Source: an uncultured Clostridiaceae bacterium
Lineage (GTDB): Bacteria; Bacillota; Clostridia; Peptostreptococcales; Natronincolaceae
DNA: 47,986 nt
Assembly: GCA_964623185.1 (NCBI GenBank)
Contig: CAZUTD010000001.1
Location: 1 to 47,986 of the forward strand
Direction of reading: 5' to 3'
Each line of letters starts with the position of its first letter. Position 1 is the first letter of the stretch. The notes beneath the pieces were generated by a model. The model saw only the letters and a list, made by a program, of their open reading frames with translations. It did not search any database and was not told where the DNA came from. A program made the translations under genes and the position numbers. Shown piece after piece: positions 1-8,670 of the stretch.

Positions 1-36
1 ATTTTTTGAGAAAATTCATTATAAAAAACCCCCTAA

Positions 37-1245
37 TTAATTTAATATATCTTTAAAAGGCATCATAGCCTTTTCTAATATACCGTGAAGATATGCTAGG
101 ATAATACCATAGTTAATCATGGGAACTTCATTGTCCATTGAAAAAACCTGACGGTATTCCATTTCCTTTTTATTCAACATACATGCGCCACAATGGATAA
201 CCATTTTATATTTGGAAAGGTCTTCTTTGAAAAAACCCCCTGCAACATGATGGAAAATTAACTTTTTTCCGGTTTTCTTTTTCAATAGATTAGGTATTTT
301 TACAGTTCCTATATCATCGTCCTTGCGGTGATGGGTGCAACCTTCTGCCACCAAAATATGGTCCCCATCCTTAAGATTTTTAATTTCCTGGACAGCCTTA
401 TGAAATAAATCCAAATCCCCCTTGTTTTTTGCGAAAATAATTGAAAAAGATGTAAGTGGTATATTATCCGGCAATATTTTATCCACCTTGTCGAAAACCT
501 GTGAATCAGTTATAACTATATCCGGTCCGTTTTTTAAATGTTTTAATGTTTGCTCAAGTTCACTATCCCTGACCATCATGGCCATAGCACCATTATCTAA
601 AATATCCCTTAACACCTGCTGTTGTGGTAATATGAGCCTGCCCTTTGGGGCTGCCTTATCCAGGGGTGTTACCAAGACAACCAAATCCCCTTCCTTTACA
701 ATGTCATCCACAAGGTGTAGTTTTTCATCTTCTTCTTTTTGCAATTTCACCAACTGGACGATGAGATCCTTAATTCCCTCCCCTGTTATAGCAGATGTCT
801 TAACAATAGGAATATTCTTTATTTCTTCACCATTGATTGCATTGTCTTCTTTGGTAGAGTTATCAACCTTATTGATTACCTTAATAAAGGGTATCTTTCT
901 TTGTTTAAATTGTTTTATGAGGGCATCCTCTTGGTCTCCCCATTCCATATCCACAGTTGTTACAAGAATAGCTATATCAGTTTTTCTTAAAACCTCCCTG
1001 GTTTTTTCTATCCTTAGCTCCCCAAGTACCCCCTCATCATCGATGCCCGGCGTATCTATAAAAACAACAGGCCCTAAAGGCAGAACCTCCATACTTTTAT
1101 ATACTGGGTCAGTAGTAGTACCAGGTATTTCAGATACTACAGCAACCTTTTGATTTGTCAAGGCATTGATAAGACTCGATTTCCCTGCATTCCTCCTGCC
1201 AAATAATGCTATATGTAACCTATTGGCCCTCGGTGTTTTATTCAT
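37..1245 (-). CDS. hydF: [FeFe]-hydrogenase maturation GTPase HydF
   Basis: ORF 37..1263. N-terminal GTPase motifs are present (GRRNAGKSS P-loop, DTPG, NKVD). The C-terminal cluster motif CxH...HCxxC is present (EGCTHH ... IHCGACML). The ORF-track start at 1263 is a TTG. The ATG at 1245 (MNKTPR) lies 7 nt after AAAGGGGG and is the preferred start. Confidence 0.9.
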   Translation of the reverse strand: MNKTPRANRLHIALFGRRNAGKSSLINALTNQKVAVVSEIPGTTTDPVYKSMEVLPLGPVVFIDTPGIDDEGVLGELRIEKTREVLRKTDIAILVTTVDMEWGDQEDALIKQFKQRKIPFIKVINKVDNSTKEDNAINGEEIKNIPIVKTSAITGEGIKDLIVQLVKLQKEEDEKLHLVDDIVKEGDLVVLVTPLDKAAPKGRLILPQQQVLRDILDNGAMAMMVRDSELEQTLKHLKNGPDIVITDSQVFDKVDKILPDNIPLTSFSIIFAKNKGDLDLFHKAVQEIKNLKDGDHILVAEGCTHHRKDDDIGTVKIPNLLKKKTGKKLIFHHVAGGFFKEDLSKYKMVIHCGACMLNKKEMEYRQVFSMDNEVPMINYGIILAYLHGILEKAMMPFKDILN

Positions 1246-1261
1246 TGCCCAGCCCCCTTTC

Positions 1262-1314
1262 AAAAAAACATAAAACCCTTTATTAGGGTCATAGAAGAAT
1301 TCCTAATAAAGGGT
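1262..1314 (-). terminator. Intrinsic-terminator-like hairpin plus U-tract immediately 5' of the hydF RBS (candidate attenuator or riboswitch expression platform)
   Basis: Perfect 13-bp stem: ACCCTTTATTAGG at 1275..1287 pairs with CCTAATAAAGGGT at 1302..1314, with a 14-nt loop. On the minus strand it is followed by TTTTATGTTTTTTT. Only about 14 nt separate the U-tract from the hydF RBS and ATG, so there is no room for a promoter in between. Confidence 0.6.
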
Positions 1315-1471
1315 ATAGTTATCCCGTATAGTCAAATTCTCCTCTGCCCCGGATATATCCTCAGCATCAGAACATTCGTTGACTCAAGATGATTCACTCT
1401 CACCCTCAAGCAATATACTCTTAGGATCAAGTTCAATATAAAATGTAATATTTAGTTATATTCTTTATTCC

Positions 1472-1500
1472 ATAATATATCAGCAGCCATATACTGTCAA
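1472..1500 (-). promoter_or_regulatory. SigA-type promoter upstream of the hydF leader
   Basis: On the minus strand: TTGACA (1495..1500), 17-nt spacer, TATTAT (1472..1477). It lies between the stop of the 220-aa gene (1535) and the hydF leader. Confidence 0.6.
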
Positions 1501-1534
1501 TATCTTTTCCGTAAATTCGTTAAAAACTTAACTC

Positions 1535-2182
1535 CTAATCTTCTACCCCCCTCATTTTACATTTAAGATTTCCGCATTTTTCACATGTATGACGCTTGTA
1601 GCTTTTTTTCGAGTAATTAGTTGTCGCATACAAGAATCCCATCGATTTCAAGGGTTGGAATACAAATTTGTCATTGAGATTTATGCCCAACTTCACCAAT
1701 TCCAACCTTTCCCATAAAACCCCTTGGTAATGAAATGGAATTCCTTCATCCCCGGGTATTATCTTATTACCCAAATATATGCCTAACTCACGCATTTCTT
1801 TAAATATTTTTTGACAAAGTTCTTCCCCCATACTAAATAGTAAATCATTGGCCATAATATCTAAAACCAGAGCCTGCAAATAATGTCCCTGGTTAAATAA
1901 TTCCTCACATTTTGTCCCTATCTTCCCTCCCAAACTTATAAAACTATATACCACCACACTAGAATCATTTAGTAAATTTATTTTTAACTCTTCCTGCTTA
2001 TTTTCAAATTTCCATACCCCGATTGGCTCATTCAGCTTCTCTATAATGGGCAATAACTTGTCAAATAAATGATTGACCTTTTCATAAATACTGGTTTCTT
2101 TGGCACAATCCATTGCGGATAATACCTTGTCCCTATCAATATCAAGCAAAAATTCTTTTTCTATTCTTATCTCTTTCCCCAT
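1535..2182 (-). CDS. Methionine-synthase (MetH) activation-domain-like protein with C-terminal CxxCx4C cluster
   Basis: ORF 1535..2197 starts at a GTG. The ATG at 2182 (MGKEIR) lies 7 nt after GGGAG/GGAGA and is preferred. The pattern IPGDEGIPFHYQ...LGINLNDKFVFQPLKSMGFLY resembles the SPGYGD..Q...LGI.L....P.KS core of standalone Met_synt_B12-type proteins of Clostridia. The C-terminus reads CEKCGNLKC. Family assignment is from memory only. Confidence 0.45.
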   Translation of the reverse strand: MGKEIRIEKEFLLDIDRDKVLSAMDCAKETSIYEKVNHLFDKLLPIIEKLNEPIGVWKFENKQEELKINLLNDSSVVVYSFISLGGKIGTKCEELFNQGHYLQALVLDIMANDLLFSMGEELCQKIFKEMRELGIYLGNKIIPGDEGIPFHYQGVLWERLELVKLGINLNDKFVFQPLKSMGFLYATTNYSKKSYKRHTCEKCGNLKCKMRGVED

Positions 2183-2223
2183 ATGTTTTTCTCCCACCCA
2201 TATCTTATCTGTTGCTTGGACTC

Positions 2224-2252
2224 ATTATAACATTTAACTCCAATATTAAAAA
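2224..2252 (-). promoter_or_regulatory. Putative extended -10 promoter for the 220-aa gene
   Basis: The minus strand reads TGTTATAAT (extended -10, hexamer at 2224..2229). The -35 is weak: TTTTTA, 17 nt upstream. Confidence 0.4.
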
Positions 2253-2295
2253 CAGGCTCCCACTATTAAAGGACAACCTGTTTTCTGACATTTTG

Positions 2296-2715
2296 TTATT
2301 TTAATTTTTTAGCCTCTTCTATTAATAAAGCATCTTCCTGATTTTGAGCTTTAGGTTCTTCTAGATAATGGGGTATTTTCTTGCCATTACCATCAACTGT
2401 TACAAAGGTAATAAAGCCATCCACAACAACTTTTTCTTCCCCTTCCCTCGATACAGCAGCGTAGGCAGTTATACTTGTAGTCCCAGTTAAAACCACCTTG
2501 GATGCAACAGCCAGGATATCCCCCTTATTTAAAGGTTCTCTAAATCGCATTCCGTGAATTTTTACACAGACTATACTTTCAGAATTCCCATATGTAGCTG
2601 CGGCAGCAACAAAACATGCCTCTGTAAACCATTCAGCCATTCTACCGGCAAACAGTGTACCGTGGTGGTTTAAATCCTCTCCCTTAATAAGATGTGCTAA
2701 TTTAAAAGTCTTCAA
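2296..2715 (-). CDS. Acyl-CoA thioesterase, hotdog fold (YciA/BFIT-like)
   Basis: 139 aa. The DLNHHGTLFAGRMAEWFTEA motif is typical of acyl-CoA hydrolases. TTG start at 2715 lies 7 nt after GGAGG. Confidence 0.75.
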   Translation of the reverse strand: MKTFKLAHLIKGEDLNHHGTLFAGRMAEWFTEACFVAAAATYGNSESIVCVKIHGMRFREPLNKGDILAVASKVVLTGTTSITAYAAVSREGEEKVVVDGFITFVTVDGNGKKIPHYLEEPKAQNQEDALLIEEAKKLK

Positions 2716-2759
2716 CTTACTTCCTCCTTATGTAATTTATCATTTTGCATATGTAATAC

Positions 2760-2789
2760 ATTATACAAGCTTAATATAGATTATTGCAA
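2760..2789 (-). promoter_or_regulatory. SigA-type promoter for the thioesterase gene
   Basis: On the minus strand: TTGCAA (2784..2789), 18-nt spacer, TATAAT (2760..2765). Confidence 0.55.
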
Positions 2790-2961
2790 GTTATGACATG
2801 TATTTTGATAAAACTTTTTACTAAATCCCATTTCGTGAATAAAGCCTAATAATCGCTGCCAATACTATATACAATATGATATATTCCCCTTAATAGCGAT
2901 AATTAAACATTTGCCAAAGGGTACAATGTCTAAGTTTGCATATTATGACGAATTGCTTCCC

Positions 2962-2990
2962 TGTACCCAAACCCAAATTTGTGTTATAAT
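2962..2990 (+). promoter_or_regulatory. Putative extended -10 promoter for the 181-aa membrane protein gene
   Basis: TGTTATAAT at 2982..2990. The -35 is weak: TGTACC, 17 nt upstream. About 60 nt to the ATG at 3052. Confidence 0.45.
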
Positions 2991-3051
2991 TCTTTTATTC
3001 CATCTTTTTTATGTTTACGAAAATTAGCTAGAGTTTGGGGGTTTTGCTTAT

Positions 3052-3597
3052 ATGAGTAAGGTTGAAAATAAATATTCTTATCCTTCCCTGGTAAAAATAT
3101 ATAAAATATCTATGATTTCTTTATCCCTTGCTATTGTTTTTATATCTATATGGGATTTAGCTTTCAGTATTAATGAAAGCACCATTACCATAATTGCTAG
3201 ACTTGACTGGATTATATGGAGTGTATTTATTCTCGACTTAATTATTAATTTAATAATAGTGGAAGATAAAAAAAGGCATATAAAAATCAGCTTAATCGAA
3301 ATAGCAGTAGTGACTCCATTTGCAGTTTTTTTAAAACTTCCTGTTTATCTAAGGTCATCCAAGTTAATCCAAAAAACGGGTGTCCTTGCAAATCCTGTGG
3401 TAGTTACACCTGGCAAAACATCTCAAGAGGTGATTAATAAAATCAATTTATTGTTATCACAAAAATTTATTATACGGTCTTTTGCTTTTATTATGAAACC
3501 AAATGTTATCAGAATCTCAAAATTTATTAACCTTTCTGGAAGTTATTTTAGAAAAACAAAGAATTCAAAAACAGATGAAGATAAAAATAATTCTTAA
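3052..3597 (+). CDS. Small integral membrane protein resembling an isolated ion-transport / voltage-sensor-like N-terminal module (no pore region)
   Basis: 181 aa with 3-4 hydrophobic helices. The stretch DWIIWSVFILDLIINLII..KKRHIK.SLIEIAVVTPF resembles the S2-S3 pattern of bacterial K+ channel N-termini. No TVGYG-like selectivity filter is present. RBS GGGGG lies upstream. Confidence 0.35.
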   Translation: MSKVENKYSYPSLVKIYKISMISLSLAIVFISIWDLAFSINESTITIIARLDWIIWSVFILDLIINLIIVEDKKRHIKISLIEIAVVTPFAVFLKLPVYLRSSKLIQKTGVLANPVVVTPGKTSQEVINKINLLLSQKFIIRSFAFIMKPNVIRISKFINLSGSYFRKTKNSKTDEDKNNS

Positions 3598-3604
3598 ATC
3601 AAAT

Positions 3605-3650
3605 AAATCCACCCTTAAAATATATGAAGGTGGATTTAAATTTGATTTTT
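3605..3650. terminator. Bidirectional intrinsic terminator between convergent genes
   Basis: AAATCCACC (3605..3613) pairs with GGTGGATTT (3629..3637), with a 15-nt loop. T-rich tracts follow on both strands. Confidence 0.6.
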
Positions 3651-6600
3651 TATTCTTCTGTTACCGCTTTCTTTTGTCCCCTCAACCTTGCCTTTAGCTT
3701 ATATGAAAAATCATCAATAATTGTGTACACAACAGGAATTACAACTAGGGTTAAAAGGGTTGATAGAATTAATCCCGAAATAACAACCGTAGCCATAGGG
3801 GCTTGCACTTCTGCTCCCTCACCTATTCCAATAGCCAGGGGTACTAAGCCCAAGATAGTAGTTAAGGTGGTCATGAGTATAGGCCTTAATCTAACAGGGC
3901 CAGCCCTTACTACAGCCTCATCCCTATCCATGCCAGATTTTCTTAGGTAGTTAATATAATCCACCAATACAATCCCGTTGTTTACTACGATACCAGCCAA
4001 AATTATAACCCCTATCATTGATGGTACATTTATAGTTCTCCTAGTAATAAAGAGGCCGAAAAGTCCGCCTGAAAATGCTAAAGGTACTGATAAAATAATA
4101 GTAAACGGATGAACCAGAGATTCAAATTGTGCAGCCATAACCATGTAAATAAGAACTATTGCCAATAAAAGTGCCAAGAAAAGGTCGTAAATAGCATCAT
4201 TTAATTCTTCATTTTGTCCGCCGAATTCATAAGAGTATCCTTGAGGCATATTATATGCCTTTAATGACTTATCTATATCATCCGCTATACCCCTTAAATC
4301 CCTGCCGGATATTTGACCTGAAACAGTTACAATCCTTTGCTGTCCTTCACGAATAATTTGGATAGGACCCCTTTCTACATGAATACTGGCAATTTCATTT
4401 AGAGGAATTGTCCCACCCACCATGGTTGGAATCCCAATTTGCTCCAAATTGGTTAGACTCTCGGTTACAGAGTCATCACCCCTGACGACAACATCTATTT
4501 CATTACCTTCATATTTATACCTTGTAGCCGTTACACCTGAAGCAACACTTCTTATGGTATTGGCAATCTGTGCCGTGGTTAACCCATAGCTTGCTGCCTG
4601 GTATTTATTAACAAGGACCTGAACCTCCGGAGTGGCTTCGCTAAAACTCGTGCCTACTTCCCTAGTCCCCTCTACTTTTTCAATTAATTCTTTGAAATCT
4701 GAAGCGATTTCCTCTAAGGTTTCGAGTTCATCTCCCCTGATACCTATGCTAATGGGGTCTCCCCCTAATCCCATCATCATCATGGAGGATTCAACAACTG
4801 TAATTTCAGTACCAGGAATATCCCTAACAAGTTTTCTAATTTCATCAGAAATAGCCTTTGCATTTCTCTTTCTTTGTGATAAGGGTTTAAGACCTATATT
4901 TATATAGCCTTTACTACTTTCGCTACCACCCATCGACATCATTCCGCCAGACCCAATGGATGAAAATACAATGTCTGCCTCCTCAATTCCAGAAATCTTT
5001 TCCTCTACCTCTAATATAATGTCATTGGTTTCATGTAGTTCAGAGCCCGCCGGCAATGAAACATTTACCGTTATCTGTCCCTCATCGGTTGACGGGAAAA
5101 ACTCTGCACCTACGAAGAAGGCAGATACCATACTGCCCAAAAACACTAGTCCAGCTATAAGCAGAACTCTTTTTCTATAATTTAAACTCCAAGCTAAAAT
5201 TTCTCTATATTTATTATCGATGCTGGTAAGTCCCTTATCAAAAGCATCATATATAAGATCAATTTTTCTTTTTTTCCTGTCCTCTTCCTGGTCACCTGTA
5301 TAGCTTACTTTTAGGATTTTAGAAGATAACATGGGAATCAGTGTTATGGCCACTACCAAGGATGCAACCAGGGATAGGGTAACTGTCATTGCCAGTTCTT
5401 TAAAGATGGTAGAAACCATACCCCCAACAAAGACTATGGGTATAAAAACAGCAATTGTTGTAAGTGTAGATGCTGTTACCGCCATGGACACTTCTGATGC
5501 CCCAAGAATTGCAGCCTCTATCCTAGGATGCCCCTCGGACCTTAAGCGATAAATATTTTCCAAAACAACAATAGCATTGTCAACCAGCATACCCACTCCC
5601 AGCGCCAACCCACCCAAAGTCATTAGGTTCAAGGTTATATCACTGAAATACAATAAAATAAAAGTTGCTATTATTGAGATTGGAATCGAAGTCCCAATAA
5701 TTAAAGTAGTCCTGATATTCCTTAGGAACAAATATAAAATTCCAATCGCTAATAGGGCGCCAAAAATTGCATTTTTGAATACATTTTCAATTGCGTGGTT
5801 TATAAAAGTAGATTGATCAAAGACTGTCTCTATTTCAATATCTGGAAAATCACTTTTTAATTTGACTATCTCCTTATTAACTAAATTTGCCACCTGTACT
5901 GTGTTAACGCCCGATTGTTTTTGTATGGAGATATTTATGCTTTCCTTATCATTAACCCTAAAAATACTGTTGATTTCCTTGGGCGCCATTTTCACCTCGG
6001 CAATATCCTTAAGTTGTATAATTCCACCCGTAGCCAATGGGATAGGCATTTCCTGTATTTCCTCTACGGATTTAAATTCTCCCATTGTTCTGATAGCCAG
6101 TTCTTGGATACCCCTATCCACTGTTCCTCCTGGTAAGTTTAGGTTTGCGGCACCAATTAATTGAGATAATTGATTGATATCAAGACCATGGTTTTCTAGT
6201 AAAGATTCATTTACCTTTATCTGGACCTGGTTGGTATATCCTCCGAATATATCGGCAGAGGCAACCCCTTCTATCCTCTCTAATCTTGACTGAATTGTGT
6301 CCTCAGCCAAGGTTTGCAGGGAAGCTAAATCTCCCCCATGTGTTAGGGATAACTGTATGATAGGGGTAGAGTTGGGGTCGATTTTCAAAACCATAGGTTC
6401 AGATGCATCTTCTGGTAGCATCCCCTTTATTAAATCAACTTTTTCTCTCATTTCCAAAGTTGCAAAATCCATATCTGTTCCAAAGTTAAATAAAGCAATA
6501 ACAATAGAATTCCCCTGGGCCGATATGGAATTAATCGTGTCAATATTGCCAACAGTTGCTATAGCACCCTCTAGGGGGCGGGTTATAAGATTTTCCATCT

Positions 6601-6772
6601 CATAAGGTCCAACCCCTGAATAAGAGGTGCTTACGATAGCTACAGGCACTTCTATCTTTGGCAGTAAATCCAGGGGTAATCGGGTCAAAGAAATCGTCCC
6701 CAAGAGCACAATGACTAGCATTAGCATTGCAATAGTTACGGGACGCTCAACTGCTAATTTTGATAAGTTCAT
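3650..6772 (-). CDS. RND efflux transporter, AcrB/AcrD/AcrF (HAE1) family inner-membrane pump
   Basis: 1040 aa with the typical 12-TM plus two large loop domain layout. The N-terminus MNLSKLAVERPVTIAMLMLVIVLLG and the motif GLALGVGMLVDNAIVVLENI are hallmarks of the AcrB family. The start is 2 nt after the adaptor gene stop, which suggests translational coupling. Confidence 0.9.
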   Translation of the reverse strand: MNLSKLAVERPVTIAMLMLVIVLLGTISLTRLPLDLLPKIEVPVAIVSTSYSGVGPYEMENLITRPLEGAIATVGNIDTINSISAQGNSIVIALFNFGTDMDFATLEMREKVDLIKGMLPEDASEPMVLKIDPNSTPIIQLSLTHGGDLASLQTLAEDTIQSRLERIEGVASADIFGGYTNQVQIKVNESLLENHGLDINQLSQLIGAANLNLPGGTVDRGIQELAIRTMGEFKSVEEIQEMPIPLATGGIIQLKDIAEVKMAPKEINSIFRVNDKESINISIQKQSGVNTVQVANLVNKEIVKLKSDFPDIEIETVFDQSTFINHAIENVFKNAIFGALLAIGILYLFLRNIRTTLIIGTSIPISIIATFILLYFSDITLNLMTLGGLALGVGMLVDNAIVVLENIYRLRSEGHPRIEAAILGASEVSMAVTASTLTTIAVFIPIVFVGGMVSTIFKELAMTVTLSLVASLVVAITLIPMLSSKILKVSYTGDQEEDRKKRKIDLIYDAFDKGLTSIDNKYREILAWSLNYRKRVLLIAGLVFLGSMVSAFFVGAEFFPSTDEGQITVNVSLPAGSELHETNDIILEVEEKISGIEEADIVFSSIGSGGMMSMGGSESSKGYINIGLKPLSQRKRNAKAISDEIRKLVRDIPGTEITVVESSMMMMGLGGDPISIGIRGDELETLEEIASDFKELIEKVEGTREVGTSFSEATPEVQVLVNKYQAASYGLTTAQIANTIRSVASGVTATRYKYEGNEIDVVVRGDDSVTESLTNLEQIGIPTMVGGTIPLNEIASIHVERGPIQIIREGQQRIVTVSGQISGRDLRGIADDIDKSLKAYNMPQGYSYEFGGQNEELNDAIYDLFLALLLAIVLIYMVMAAQFESLVHPFTIILSVPLAFSGGLFGLFITRRTINVPSMIGVIILAGIVVNNGIVLVDYINYLRKSGMDRDEAVVRAGPVRLRPILMTTLTTILGLVPLAIGIGEGAEVQAPMATVVISGLILSTLLTLVVIPVVYTIIDDFSYKLKARLRGQKKAVTEE

Positions 6773-6774
6773 TA

Positions 6775-7983
6775 TTATTCACCCCTTACTACTTTCACCT
6801 GTTGTCCATTGGTTATATAATGTTGTCCCTTGATAATTACAATATCCCCTTCCTTTAAACCCTTCTCAACTTCAACATATAGACCAGTATCCAATCCTAG
6901 AACTATTTCTCTTTGGATTGCTTTATCATCTTCCACAATATAAACAAAGGTTTTCCCCTCATTTTCAATAATGCTACCCCTCTGAACAGCCAATATACCC
7001 TCACGGCTTTCTATATCTAACTCAATACTCCCACTCATACCGGGTTTTATCCTATGTTCTTCATTGGGTAGATAGACTTTTATTAAATATAATTGGTTTC
7101 TTTGATCAGGTGTTGGACTAATGTAGTCAATATATCCCTCAATTTCACTTTGACCATAAGCCGCTTCAATAGTTACCCTTACCTTTTGCCCCTTATACAG
7201 GCTATTTACAATCTTTTCGGAGATGTTTGCCTGTAGAAAAATCTCGTCCATATCGACAACCGTTGCCGCTGGCTGGGCATTAGAAACTAGTTCTCCTTCG
7301 ATTACATTCAAATTATTGACTATCCCAGAGATTGGTGCCTTAACCATGGTGTTATCAAAATTGCTTTCCACCTGTCCATAGCTGCTTTTTGCCTGTCTTA
7401 ATTGATCCAAGGCCTGTTCATGGGCTATTTCAGCTTGTAAGACCTGCATTTCTACAGTTTCCAAAGGTTTTAATGATGCTGCTAATTCCGCCTGCTCCAA
7501 CTGTGATTTTGATACTGCCCCTGCTTCATAAAGAGCTTGTGTTCTTTCCAAGTTTATTAATGCATTATCTATCTTTTCTTTTACCGAATCATATTGAATT
7601 TGGGCGGTTTTAACTCCATTTTCCGCTTGTTGAACAGCCTTTGCTGCTAAATCCAGACCCGCACCAGCCTGCTCAAGCGCCCTATTGACATCTTTTTGAT
7701 CCACAATAAATAAGACATCATCTTTTTCAACTTCATCACCAAGTTTTACACTGATTTTTGAAACGCTACCAGGTACCTGAGGAATAACCATAACTTCCTC
7801 ATTTGCAAACACCTTACCATTTAAAGTAATAAGCTTGGCAATGTTATCCTTCTTCAGAGTCTTTATTTCCACCGGCACATAGTTTTCCTCTTGGTTTACC
7901 GTTTCCTGTGAATTTTGACTGCATCCAACTGTTAAAACAATTATAAATAGTAATAATAGTGCAAATACCTTTTTTCTACCCAT
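6775..7983 (-). CDS. RND efflux periplasmic adaptor (membrane-fusion protein, HlyD/AcrA family), lipoprotein
   Basis: 402 aa. Signal peptide with lipobox LTVGC. Lipoyl/biotinyl-like hairpin, coiled-coil and beta-barrel pattern. AGGAGG lies 7 nt before the ATG. Confidence 0.88.
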   Translation of the reverse strand: MGRKKVFALLLLFIIVLTVGCSQNSQETVNQEENYVPVEIKTLKKDNIAKLITLNGKVFANEEVMVIPQVPGSVSKISVKLGDEVEKDDVLFIVDQKDVNRALEQAGAGLDLAAKAVQQAENGVKTAQIQYDSVKEKIDNALINLERTQALYEAGAVSKSQLEQAELAASLKPLETVEMQVLQAEIAHEQALDQLRQAKSSYGQVESNFDNTMVKAPISGIVNNLNVIEGELVSNAQPAATVVDMDEIFLQANISEKIVNSLYKGQKVRVTIEAAYGQSEIEGYIDYISPTPDQRNQLYLIKVYLPNEEHRIKPGMSGSIELDIESREGILAVQRGSIIENEGKTFVYIVEDDKAIQREIVLGLDTGLYVEVEKGLKEGDIVIIKGQHYITNGQQVKVVRGE

Positions 7984-8029
7984 CCCTCTTCCTCCTAGAA
8001 TTCACTTTTCAGGTCAAAAAATAAACTTC

Positions 8030-8500
8030 TTACTCCTGGCATAGGTCTACTAATTCTCCGCCCGTTATTTCCAAAAGTTCTTCTACAGTCACAGGTACCG
8101 CCGTATTAGCAGTACCGGCAGCAGCATAAACAAGATCAAACCTTTCCATGCTTTTGTCTATGAGAATTCTTATAGGATTCTTTAAGGCAAAGGGGCAAAC
8201 CCCACCCGGATGAAATCCTGTAATTTCCATACATTCTTCAGGTTTTGCAAGTTTAGGCTTAGCCCCTAATATCTTTTTTAAGGGTCCATTTTTTACCCTT
8301 ACATCACCACTGGTAACTACCAGGGCTTTTTCCTCCTTAGCTATAAACAAAATTGATTTTGCGATTTGTCCTACGGTTACGCCCAACTGGTCTGCAGCCA
8401 TTTGTGCAGTTTTAGTTGTTCCATCTTCAAATTCAATAACCTCTAATTCTATTGGTAAAGTTTCTAAATAATCCTTTACCCTTGCTAATGTAGATTCCAT
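8030..8500 (-). CDS. ybaK: YbaK/EbsC/ProX-family aminoacyl-tRNA deacylase (trans-editing domain)
   Basis: 156 aa. KSILF with the conserved Lys and GGVCPF near the C-terminal half are typical of the YbaK/ProX fold. It lies 46 nt upstream of the adaptor gene on the same strand. Confidence 0.75.
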   Translation of the reverse strand: MESTLARVKDYLETLPIELEVIEFEDGTTKTAQMAADQLGVTVGQIAKSILFIAKEEKALVVTSGDVRVKNGPLKKILGAKPKLAKPEECMEITGFHPGGVCPFALKNPIRILIDKSMERFDLVYAAAGTANTAVPVTVEELLEITGGELVDLCQE

Positions 8501-8670
8501 AACACTTACATCTCCTTCTGATATTACTTTTTATTGTGACCACTATATTTGAATAAGGACTTCACCTGTCAGTTAACATTCTTGGTGGGTAATTCCTACT
8601 TCCCCTGCAAATAAACACTTAACATGCAAAGAAGTCCCATTAAAATTGCGGACATAATATTTCTATGACC

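Noticed and set aside
422-1153. Long plus-strand ORF (243 aa) and other antisense ORFs inside real genes. Examples are 739..990, 3624..3950, 4632..6833 (a series of ORFs), 13793..14368, 22644..23219, and their +22,831 partners.
   Set aside because: They lie entirely antisense to well-supported genes and have low-complexity S/L/P/F/I-rich translations. They lack ribosome-binding sites. These are typical shadow ORFs of AT-rich coding sequence.
1315-1465. Assignment of the hydF leader to a known riboswitch or T-box class.
   Set aside because: I searched by eye for the T-box sequence (GGGTGGTACCGCG-like), the SAM-I core, the TPP CUGAGA...ACCUGAUCUGGAUAAUGCCAGCG, the B12 box, the GEMM GGCAAAC...ACGCAAAGC, and the ZTP and ykkC cores. 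None is present. Only the terminator hairpin is solid, so the class is left unassigned.
1380-1470. Possible mobile-element ends, att sites or IS inverted repeats at the duplication boundaries (also examined at 24230..24300 and 47060..47130).
   Set aside because: No transposase, integrase or recombinase gene is present anywhere in the window. There are no inverted or direct repeats at the edges beyond the 2-nt AT. The structure is a simple tandem duplication, not a composite transposon or an integrated element.
2835-2905. Imperfect inverted repeat ATCGCT...AGCGAT in the divergent intergenic region, considered as an operator or a small RNA.
   Set aside because: It has only 6 perfect bp with a loop of about 45 nt. 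That is easily a chance match in AT-rich DNA.
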